The notes under the pieces are model-generated. The model was not told where the DNA came from. It was given only the letters and a program-made list of their open reading frames with translations, and ran no database searches. Source: a bacterium (GTDB lineage: Bacteria > Patescibacteriota > Minisyncoccia > UBA6257 > 1-14-0-10-44-23). From it: a DNA stretch of 33,120 bases. Below are positions 15,622 to 22,579 of this stretch, piece after piece. The translations under genes were made by a program, and so were the position numbers. How positions within the stretch are numbered: position 1 is the stretch's first letter; the number at the start of each line of letters is the position of its first letter. Location: contig JAUYME010000066.1 in assembly GCA_030699515.1 (NCBI GenBank), positions 1 to 33,120 of the forward strand. Direction: 5' to 3'.

Positions 15622-16017
15622 ATGGATATTGTATTTTTTGTTGGTCGGCTAGTACTTGGTCTTTTCTTTACCATGAAAGGGGTAAATCACTTTCAGAATA
15701 AAGATGGCTTAATTGCTTATTCAAAGAGCAAAAATCTTCCGGCTCCGGGAGCAAGTGTGATTATTGCCGGAATCATTATGCTCTTGGGAGGTTTGAGCCT
15801 TATCTTTGGAGTTTATGTTGAAATCGCTCTTTGGGCTTTGGCAATTCTAATGGTTGTAATTGGTTTTATGATGCACAAGTTCTGGGCAGAAACAGACCCG
15901 GGTGCAAAAAGCAATGAAAAAATTAGCTTTATGCACAATATGGCACATGCCGGCGCATTACTGATGCTTCTTCAACTTGCTGATGCCACACTGCCTTACG
16001 CATTGAATATATTTTAG
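15622..16017 (+). CDS. DoxX-family membrane protein
   Basis: Four TM helices. GR..LG..F...G..HF and HKFW pattern typical of DoxX. Confidence 0.65.
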   Translation: MDIVFFVGRLVLGLFFTMKGVNHFQNKDGLIAYSKSKNLPAPGASVIIAGIIMLLGGLSLIFGVYVEIALWALAILMVVIGFMMHKFWAETDPGAKSNEKISFMHNMAHAGALLMLLQLADATLPYALNIF

Positions 16018-16065
16018 AAGGAGAGGGTATAGGGAATAGGTAATAGAAAGGCAAAGACAAATTTT

Positions 16066-16104
16066 AAACGGCTCACACATATGGATATTATGTGTGAGCC
16101 GTTT
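16066..16104. repeat. AAACGGCTCA-family hairpin (copy 1)
   Basis: aaacggctcacacat-atggatatt-atgtgtgagccgttt. Same arms as 21927-21970. Confidence 0.8.
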
Positions 16105-16123
16105 ACGTTATATAATAAGTAGA

Positions 16124-16342
16124 ATGGAAAGAGAGATAATTCAATCTAGTGATATTCGCTCTGTGGGCTATGATGATGAAACATCTATTTTAGAAGTGGA
16201 GTTTAAAAGTGGGAACGTGTATCAGTATGTAAATGTACCCGAGCATGTTTATGATGAGCTGATGAAATCAGAATCTAAGGGTAGATATTTTAACAGCGAG
16301 ATAAGGGATAGGTATCCAAATTCTAAAATTGAATATAACTAA
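16124..16342 (+). CDS. KTSC-domain protein
   Basis: SSDIRSVGYDDETSILEVEFKSGNVYQYVNVPEHVYDELMKSESKGRYFNSEIR. TATAAT lies 8 nt before ATG 16124. Confidence 0.75.
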   Translation: MEREIIQSSDIRSVGYDDETSILEVEFKSGNVYQYVNVPEHVYDELMKSESKGRYFNSEIRDRYPNSKIEYN

Positions 16343-16365
16343 AAAAGCCCTTTAAGGGCTTTTTT
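16341..16365. terminator. Bidirectional intrinsic terminator
   Basis: aaaaaagccc-tttaa-gggctttttt, between convergent genes. Confidence 0.8.
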
Positions 16366-16374
16366 AGTTGCAGC

Positions 16375-16620
16375 TTAATACAACGATCCGTTGTTAGAAG
16401 AGTTTGTGTCTCCACCGCCCCCATCTCCACCGGTTGGTAAATCTACGTTAATATTGACGCCATCGTCCTGCACTTCTTCATTATTGGTTCTTGCGAAGGC
16501 AAAAATGGCGATTATGAGCACAAGTAGAATCACGACTACAACTATCCAGGCGCTGCTGGAGCTTTCCCTTTCGCGAATCACTTCTCTTCGCTCAATGCGC
16601 TGCGGTTCATGTGCATTCAT
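16375..16620 (-). CDS. Small single-pass membrane protein (81 aa)
   Basis: Charged N-terminus, one TM (AWIVVVVILLVLIIAIFAFA), C-terminal VNINVDLPTGGDGGGG. Paralog of 18932..19168. Confidence 0.55.
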   Translation of the reverse strand: MNAHEPQRIERREVIRERESSSSAWIVVVVILLVLIIAIFAFARTNNEEVQDDGVNINVDLPTGGDGGGGDTNSSNNGSLY

Positions 16621-16915
16621 TTTTTTTGTGCTTTGCCTTGACCTGCGAGACTTTCGTTTGGATGAAGTATCGCCAAGTCAAGGTAGCTTTATTAAAGTTG
16701 TAATAAATGCGACTTTTCTACAGTAGCTGACGATTGAAACTAGCAACTCTTTCCTTGCTATGTTATTCGCTAAAAATCTTTAAGGTGATAAAATGGAATT
16801 GTAGTTTCAAGAAAAGTTGAATATCCCGATATGATAGCTTCTAGTGCCTTTGGCACTAAGCATCAAACGGGATGCTCAATTTTGTAGATAAATCTAAGAT
16901 TTAAACAAAATTGGC

Positions 16916-18763
16916 ATGTGTGGAATTGTTGGATACATAGGAAAGAAAAGGGCAATGCCGGTTTTGCTGGATGGTTTAAAGCGCTTGGAATATCGCGGCT
17001 ACGATAGTGCCGGGGTGGCGATTTTGGAAAACACTGAAGTTAAGGCATTTAAAAAAGTTGGGCGGGTGGAAAATTTGCTTAAAGCGATTGAGACAGCGGG
17101 GGAGTTGGACAGCATGGCCCATATTGGTGTAGCGCATACCAGATGGGCAACTCATGGAAAGCCCAGCGAGGAAAATGCTCATCCGCACAGTGATGAATTT
17201 GGTAAGTTTTGGTTGGTGCACAATGGAATTATTGAAAATTATGAGGAACTAAAGAAAGAGCTTTCAGAGAGCGGGGTAAAATTTAGTTCGGAAACGGACA
17301 CCGAGGTTGTAGTGCAGCTGATTGCTAAAGAAATGGAAGCTGGACTAAGTTTTGAAGAGGCTTTTCGAGTGGCGCTTAAAAAACTTCGAGGAGCTTATGG
17401 AATTGTAGTAATGAGTGCAGACGAGCCGGAATATTTAATGGCTGCAAGAAATTCAAGTCCGCTTTTAATTGGAGTAGGAGATGGGGAAATGATAGTAGCG
17501 TCTGATGCAAGTGCCGTTGTGGGTACAACTAAAAAAATTGTTTATTTGGAAGATGGGGAGTTGGCAAAAGTTTCAGCAGATGGGCTAAAGATTGAGCTTA
17601 TTGCCGAGGCTGGTAAAGAGTTGAAGCGCGAGGCAGAAACTGTAGATATGGATGCAAGCGAAATAGAAAAGGACGGACACGATTTCTTTATGCATAAAGA
17701 AATTTTTGAAATTCCCAGCGCTGTTTTAAATGCGGGAAGGGGAAGGTTTATTGCCAGTGAGGGTTTGGTGAAGTTTGGAGGTATTGAAGAAATTAAAAGC
17801 AAGTTAAGGGATATTGATAGAATTATTATTTCCGCTTGCGGCACCGCAGCCTATGCTGGCTTACTGGGCGAATATTTTATTGAAGAGCTGGCCGGAATTC
17901 CGGTGGAAGTGGAAATTGGCTCTGAATTCAGATACAGAAGCCCTGTATTTACGGAGCGCACTGCTTTAATTGTTGTTTCTCAATCTGGGGAAACTGCAGA
18001 TACATTGGCGGCGGTGCGAGAAGCAAAGGAGAAGGGGATTTTAGTTTTAGGTATTGTTAATGTAGTTGGCTCTACAATTGCGCGCGAAGTGGACTGTGGA
18101 ATTTATACCCATGCCGGTCCGGAAATTGGAGTGGCCTCTACAAAAGCTTTTATTTCTCAGCTTACGGTACTTTTACTTTTGGCTATTTATTTGGGCAGAC
18201 AGCGAAATTTATCTGTAAATGAAACAAAGGAAATTTTGGCAGATTTAGAGAAGCTTCCTGAGCTTTTAGATTCTATCTTGCATCGAGAAAAATTGGCAAA
18301 GAAGCTAGCAAAGAAATATAAAGATTTTACCAGCATGGCTTTCTTGGGTAGAAAATATAGTTTCCCTGTGGCGCTGGAGGGAGCTTTGAAATTAAAAGAA
18401 ATTTCTTATATCCATGGAGAAGGTTATCCGGCAGGAGAATTTAAGCATGGGCCAATTGCGCTCCTTGATGAAAAATTTCCGGTTTTCTTTATATTGCCTA
18501 GCGATGATGTTTACGAAAAAAGTAAATCTAATTTGGAAGAGATAAAAGCAAGGCAAGCGCCTGTAATTGCCATTGTGACTGAAGGAAATAAAGAATTAAT
18601 GAGAATGGCTGATGATGTTTTGGAAATCCCCAAAATAGCAAATATTTTAAGCCCGTTTCTTTCTACGCTTTGGACTTATCTTTTTGCTTACCATGTTGCG
18701 GATATGAAAAATTTGGACGTGGATAAGCCTAGAAACTTAGCTAAGTCTGTGACCGTCGAGTAA
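16916..18763 (+). CDS. glmS: Glutamine--fructose-6-phosphate aminotransferase
   Basis: N-terminal MCGIVGY, two SIS domains, C-terminal KPRNLAKSVTVE. Confidence 0.95.
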   Translation: MCGIVGYIGKKRAMPVLLDGLKRLEYRGYDSAGVAILENTEVKAFKKVGRVENLLKAIETAGELDSMAHIGVAHTRWATHGKPSEENAHPHSDEFGKFWLVHNGIIENYEELKKELSESGVKFSSETDTEVVVQLIAKEMEAGLSFEEAFRVALKKLRGAYGIVVMSADEPEYLMAARNSSPLLIGVGDGEMIVASDASAVVGTTKKIVYLEDGELAKVSADGLKIELIAEAGKELKREAETVDMDASEIEKDGHDFFMHKEIFEIPSAVLNAGRGRFIASEGLVKFGGIEEIKSKLRDIDRIIISACGTAAYAGLLGEYFIEELAGIPVEVEIGSEFRYRSPVFTERTALIVVSQSGETADTLAAVREAKEKGILVLGIVNVVGSTIAREVDCGIYTHAGPEIGVASTKAFISQLTVLLLLAIYLGRQRNLSVNETKEILADLEKLPELLDSILHREKLAKKLAKKYKDFTSMAFLGRKYSFPVALEGALKLKEISYIHGEGYPAGEFKHGPIALLDEKFPVFFILPSDDVYEKSKSNLEEIKARQAPVIAIVTEGNKELMRMADDVLEIPKIANILSPFLSTLWTYLFAYHVADMKNLDVDKPRNLAKSVTVE

Positions 18764-18770
18764 GGATGTG

Positions 18771-18837
18771 GACCCCCGCGTGCTTCGCGCGCTGCACCAG
18801 AGCCGACGAGGCAAGCTCGGGCTCGGTGCGGGGCGGG
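18771..18837. repeat. GC-rich two-hairpin element, copy 1
   Basis: gaCCCCCGC-[GCGUG cuucg CGCGC]-u-[GCACC a GAGCC ga CGAG gcaag CUCG GGCUC GGUGC]-GGGGcggg. Homologous to 19337-19406 and 32844-32912. Confidence 0.85.
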
Positions 18838-18838
18838 T

Positions 18839-18877
18839 AAACCAAGAAATTTGGCAAAAAGCGTTACTGTGGAATAA
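18839..18877 (+). pseudogene. Displaced second copy of the glmS 3' end (KPRNLAKSVTVE*), synonymously different from 18725-18763
   Basis: aaa cca aga aat ttg gca aaa agc gtt act gtg gaa taa translates identically to the last 12 codons plus stop of glmS. It lies 114 nt downstream in the same frame. Confidence 0.8.
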
Positions 18878-18883
18878 AGAAAT

Positions 18884-18916
18884 AAAAAACACCTCGCAAG
18901 CGCGGGGTGTTTTTTA
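18884..18916. terminator. Bidirectional intrinsic terminator
   Basis: aaaaaacacctcgc-aa-gcgcggggtgtttttt, between convergent glmS and the small membrane gene. Confidence 0.7.
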
Positions 18917-18931
18917 TTTTATACTGCTGAA

Positions 18932-19168
18932 CTATTCAGTGCCAGAGTCTTCGCCGTCAGGAAGGCTAATGTCTACATCAACTCCTGTGCCGTCGTTGTC
19001 TGTATCTTCGCTACTTCCTCCTGCAAAGTAGAAGATAAGGCCGGCAACAACTACAATTAGGATAATGATAGTAATCCACATTCCGCCGTTACCGCCTTTG
19101 CGCTCTGGCTGGCTAGCCATTGGCTGCTGCCCTTGAGGTGCTTGGCCTTGTTGTTCTTGGTTTTCCAT
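18932..19168 (-). CDS. Small single-pass membrane protein (78 aa), paralog of 16375..16620
   Basis: Q/G-rich N-terminus, TM MWITIIILIVVVAGLIFYFA, C-terminal GVDVDISLPDGEDSG. Confidence 0.55.
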   Translation of the reverse strand: MENQEQQGQAPQGQQPMASQPERKGGNGGMWITIIILIVVVAGLIFYFAGGSSEDTDNDGTGVDVDISLPDGEDSGTE

Positions 19169-19336
19169 AGTGTGTATGTTGTTAATTTCTAATGAATACT
19201 AGTAAAAGCATAACATTATTATAGAATAATGCTCGTTTTGCAGTGGAAAAATAGAGAGTAATCGCGAACATCGCGAATTGCGCAAAATATCGCGAATAAA
19301 ACTAAGGCGGGGAAAATTGGGTTATTCCAAGGTTGA

Positions 19337-19461
19337 GACCCCCGCATGGCAAGCCGTGCTGCACCAGAACCAACGAAGTAAATTCGGGCTCGGTGCGGGG
19401 CAGGACTTGGTAGCTTGCTGGTGTGTACTTAGTGATGGGCTGGATAGTTTTTCAATCGGTC
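19337..19461. repeat. GC-rich two-hairpin element, copy 2 (core 19337-19406) plus a ~55-nt tail, bounded by 19-nt direct repeats
   Basis: Core homologous to copies 1 and 3. Direct repeats ttattccaaggttgagacc at 19322-19340 and 19462-19480. Confidence 0.85.
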
Positions 19462-19953
19462 TTATTCCAAGGTTGAGACCGTGGACTGCAAAGATCTAGT
19501 TTCTTTGATTTGAGGATTGTCCGGGTTGGAAGTCAATACAATAGAAATTTGCACAGCAGTGGTAGAGGTGCCGCTAAATTCCTGGAAAGTTAGGCTGTCT
19601 AGCGTAACATCGGCGCTTGTTAGCGCTTCTTGCGAATTTGACCCCAGCTTTCTGTAGATTGTTCCTGCTGAACTGTTGATTATAATCGGGTCGGTGCTTG
19701 ACACTCCGGTAGTAATTGTAAGGGTTGAACTGCTGACAGATATTGATTGACCCTGGCGGACGTCGGTTTTGATAACATTCATTACAAAGCTTAGCTCACT
19801 GCTTAGTTTATAGCCTGAGCTTTGATGCTGCTGAACTCTAAGAATTGTAAATAGTATTCCTGAAAGAAGGCTAAGAAGGATAACGGTAAGGCCAAGGTAG
19901 ATGACCAGCTCAATGAAAGAAAGCCCCCGCGTGCTTCGCGCGCTTTTAAACAC
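19462..19953 (-). CDS. Prepilin-type (type IV pilin-like) pseudopilin; start uncertain (GTG 19953 or ATG 20028)
   Basis: G|LSFIELVIYLGLTVILLSLL is a class III signal/methylation motif. The stretch upstream of the Gly is repeat-derived sequence. Confidence 0.7.
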   Translation of the reverse strand: MFKSARSTRGLSFIELVIYLGLTVILLSLLSGILFTILRVQQHQSSGYKLSSELSFVMNVIKTDVRQGQSISVSSSTLTITTGVSSTDPIIINSSAGTIYRKLGSNSQEALTSADVTLDSLTFQEFSGTSTTAVQISIVLTSNPDNPQIKETRSLQSTVSTLE

Positions 19954-20044
19954 TAATGCACGAATGGGCGCGAATCCTCTAATAAGAAATGAAGGTCCTT
20001 TCGTTTTATTCGGTGATTGATGAATCATTGGTGTATTAGTGTTT
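19948..20044. repeat. MITE-like inverted-repeat element E1 (termini AAACACTAATGCAC ... GTGTATTAGTGTTT)
   Basis: Homologous, in reverse orientation, to 29112-29227. Shares a 19-nt identical end, cattggtgtattagtgttt. Confidence 0.75.
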
Positions 20045-20131
20045 ATCTATGAATTTTAGCATGTAGTATTGATTATTTTTTTCAAAGCTTGTATTATCCA
20101 GAAGTCTGGGGTAGCCCAGACTTATTTAATT

Positions 20132-20836
20132 ATGACGGATAGTAATGAAACCGGAACACAGGTAAAAGACTCAATGCTTGAAGAGATGGCGCAGGCCGGT
20201 CTTTTGTTTGGGCGGAAAAAATCAAAGACTAATCCAAAAATGAAGGATTATGTTTTTGCGAACCGAAACGGCTTTGAGATGTTTGATTTGGAAAAAACCG
20301 CCGCAAAGCTTGAGGAAGCTAAGGCATTTTTGGCTTCCGTGGCAAAGACCGGGAAAACTATTTTGTTTGTTGGTACTACTCCTGCGGGCCAAGAAGTTAT
20401 GAAGGAAGTTGCCGAAGGCTTTAAGGCTCCTTATGTAACCCATAGGTGGCTTGGCGGTACTTTAAGTAATTTTGAAACAATTTCTTCACGGCTTAGGTAT
20501 TTTATTAAACTTAAGGCCGACAAAGAATCCGGAAAACTTGAAAAATATACCAAGAAGGAGCGGACAAAATTTGATAAAGAGCTGGAAAGATTAGAGAGGC
20601 TTTTCGGCGGTCTTGAAGAATTAACTGCTATGCCTGCCGCACTCATTGTGGCAAATACAGATGCGCATTCAATTGCAGTAAGAGAGGCAAATATTGCAGG
20701 AGTGCCGGTAATTGGAATTACAAATTCCAGCACCGATCCTGAGGGCGTAGATTATCTGATTCCGGCAAATGACAACAGTATTTCTAGCGTGCGTTGGATT
20801 GTTGAGCAATTAGCGCAGGCGTTAAAGACGAAGTAA
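20132..20836 (+). CDS. rpsB: 30S ribosomal protein S2
   Basis: MLEEMAQAGLLFGRKKSKTNPKM... and HRWLGGTLSNF. ATG 20132 preferred over the ORF-track start. Confidence 0.9.
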   Translation: MTDSNETGTQVKDSMLEEMAQAGLLFGRKKSKTNPKMKDYVFANRNGFEMFDLEKTAAKLEEAKAFLASVAKTGKTILFVGTTPAGQEVMKEVAEGFKAPYVTHRWLGGTLSNFETISSRLRYFIKLKADKESGKLEKYTKKERTKFDKELERLERLFGGLEELTAMPAALIVANTDAHSIAVREANIAGVPVIGITNSSTDPEGVDYLIPANDNSISSVRWIVEQLAQALKTK

Positions 20837-21003
20837 GCGAAGTAGACGAAGTAGGCGAAGTAAGCGAATAAACGAAGTAGCAAATAAACGAAGTAGGCGA
20901 AGTAGGCGAAATTAGAATTAACTTTGAACTATTTGGAATATGGCGACCCTTCGACAAGCTCAGGGTGCTCATATTTCTAGATAAATCAAAGATTTATAGA
21001 AAT

Positions 21004-21447
21004 ATGGCAGCAGAAGATGTAGCAAAGCTTAGAGAACAAAGCGGTGCAGGGATAATGGACTGCAAAAATGCTCTTGAAGAGGCGGGTGGCGATTTTGATA
21101 AGGCTTTGGAAATAATTAAAGAAAAGGGTCTTGCGAAAGCAGAAAAGAAAGGGGATAGAGAAGCCGGCGCGGGATATTTGGAGAGTTATATTCACCAAGG
21201 CAGAGTTGGTGTTTTGCTTCATGTAAATGCAGAGACCGATTTTGTTACCAAGAACGAAGACTTTCGGGAAATGGCAAAGAATATCGCTATGCACATTAGC
21301 GCAATGATGCCTTCCAGCGTAGAAGAGCTTATGGAACAGGATTATGTTAAAGACCCAAGTATGACTGTGGAGCAATACGTTAAGAGCGTTATTGGAAAGA
21401 TTGGAGAAAACATTAACGTTGTCAAATTTGCTTGCTACGCTGTTTAA
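21004..21447 (+). CDS. tsf: Elongation factor Ts, short form
   Basis: VAKLREQSGAGIMDCKNALEEAGGDFDKA (UBA-like N-terminus) and NAETDFV. Only about 147 aa. Confidence 0.85.
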   Translation: MAAEDVAKLREQSGAGIMDCKNALEEAGGDFDKALEIIKEKGLAKAEKKGDREAGAGYLESYIHQGRVGVLLHVNAETDFVTKNEDFREMAKNIAMHISAMMPSSVEELMEQDYVKDPSMTVEQYVKSVIGKIGENINVVKFACYAV

Positions 21448-21466
21448 ATTGAGTGGTATATAGCCC

Positions 21467-21823
21467 ATGACAATTCTAATTTTGGAGATAATTTTGAGTT
21501 TAACGGCTATTTCAATGGCCATACTTTTAATTCGTGCTTCTGTTCGAGTGGAGGATGTTTCTAGCGAGGAGATTTATCAGTATTCTTTAAGCCCGTATTT
21601 TAATAAACTGAGAGGGAAATTTTTTGAAGCAATTTACAATTTTTTAATTGCTTTTTTCAAAGGGATTTTGCATGCTCTTGCCTCTCTTTCCAAGCACACT
21701 CATTTAATTAGTACGCGCTCTATCGCAAAGATTGAAAAAGCGATAAGTAGTGCGGAAGAAGAACTTGGGCACAAGGAGGAGAAAGAGAATGGCGAGCTTG
21801 AATCTAGGGATAAATTGGATTAG
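21467..21823 (+). CDS. Hypothetical membrane-anchored protein
   Basis: N-terminal TM helix, then a charged C-terminus. No recognisable family. Confidence 0.4.
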   Translation: MTILILEIILSLTAISMAILLIRASVRVEDVSSEEIYQYSLSPYFNKLRGKFFEAIYNFLIAFFKGILHALASLSKHTHLISTRSIAKIEKAISSAEEELGHKEEKENGELESRDKLD

Positions 21824-21842
21824 AGTTAGAAACGCTTAATAT

Positions 21843-21925
21843 GCACAGGTAGCGAAGTGGTCAAACGCGGCTGACTGTAGATCAGCTGGCTTACGCCTTC
21901 GGGGGTTCGAATCCCTCCCTGTGCA
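21843..21925 (+). tRNA. tRNA-Tyr(GUA), class II (long variable arm)
   Basis: Acceptor GCACAGG/CCTGTGC. Anticodon arm GCTGA-CTGTAGA-TCAGC. Variable stem GGC-TTAC-GCC. T-loop TTCGAAT. Confidence 0.85.
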
Positions 21926-21926
21926 C

Positions 21927-21970
21927 AAAAGATTAACGGCTCACACATATGTGTGAGCCGTTAATCTTTT
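21927..21970. terminator. 44-nt perfect palindrome, AAACGGCTCA-family hairpin (copy 2), flanked by A4/T4
   Basis: aaaagattaacggctcacacat|atgtgtgagccgttaatctttt. Confidence 0.75.
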
Positions 21971-22043
21971 CAAAAAGTAGGCGACCCCGCATGCACTGAT
22001 TTCTCCTGTGCATTGTTGCGGGGCCGGGGGGGTGCGTGAGGAC

Positions 22044-22328
22044 TTACGTCGCCTCATCCTCATGGGGGTCCTCCTTGCTAGCAACGAACTCTTGGTTGTA
22101 GGCAGTGTAGACGGCCTTGACCATTGTCCAGGCATCTTCCTCGGAGCCGGCCCGCTCAACTACCCTCTGACTGTTCGGAGAGTACTGATGGAGCATGATG
22201 AGCGCCCAAACGACGATGTAGTCGTTGGTGATCGTGTGCTCCATACCGTCAACGCACACCTTCATGCCAATGAGCTCTTGCAGGCGAGAATAGACCGCGC
22301 CGGTTTCGGGGCGCTTACTGTCGTTCAT
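22044..22328 (-). CDS. GC-rich mini-ORF (94 aa), unknown function
   Basis: SD GGAGA lies 5 nt before the ATG. GC-rich third positions. Own hairpin plus U-tract terminator (about 21975-22025, minus strand). Confidence 0.65.
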   Translation of the reverse strand: MNDSKRPETGAVYSRLQELIGMKVCVDGMEHTITNDYIVVWALIMLHQYSPNSQRVVERAGSEEDAWTMVKAVYTAYNQEFVASKEDPHEDEAT

Positions 22329-22405
22329 CGGGATCTCCTATCGGATATCCTTTTTCCGTTGCTTTATAAATAGCACTTTTGGACTGCTGTGTCTATGTTT
22401 TTTGT

Positions 22406-22482
22406 TGGAGCCACCTGTCGGATTCGAACCGACGACCTACTGTTTACAAAACAGTCGCTCTAACCAACTGAGCTAAGGTGGC
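22406..22482 (-). tRNA. tRNA-Thr(UGU), CCA encoded
   Basis: Reverse complement folds as GCCACCT TA GCTC..GAGC G ACTGT TTTGTAA ACAGT AGGTC GTCGG TTCGAAT CCGAC AGGTGGC T CCA. Confidence 0.9.
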
Positions 22483-22579
22483 AAACTATGAGCACTAGTA
22501 TAGCGAAAAAGTTTCATTATGCAATCAATTCTGCTAATAACAATATGATATACTAGTAAGGTAGAGCTTTGTTGTCAGT

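Noticed and set aside
16720-16915. A glmS ribozyme upstream of glmS.
   Set aside because: The region is AT-rich. It shows only a simple imperfect hairpin (about 16826-16872) and none of the glmS ribozyme core sequences I can recall. The class is also mainly Gram-positive.
18725-19480. A diversity-generating retroelement (TR/VR pair) as the explanation for the duplicated gene ends.
   Set aside because: The duplicated segments are only 19-39 nt. The differences are synonymous third-position changes rather than adenine-specific. No reverse transcriptase is nearby.
13562-20131. The long N-terminal extensions given by the ORF track for NUDIX (13562), cupin (14145), KTSC (16094) and rpsB (20069).
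   Set aside because: The extensions run through the preceding gene, a hairpin repeat or promoter sequence. Internal ATGs give N-termini that match the families.
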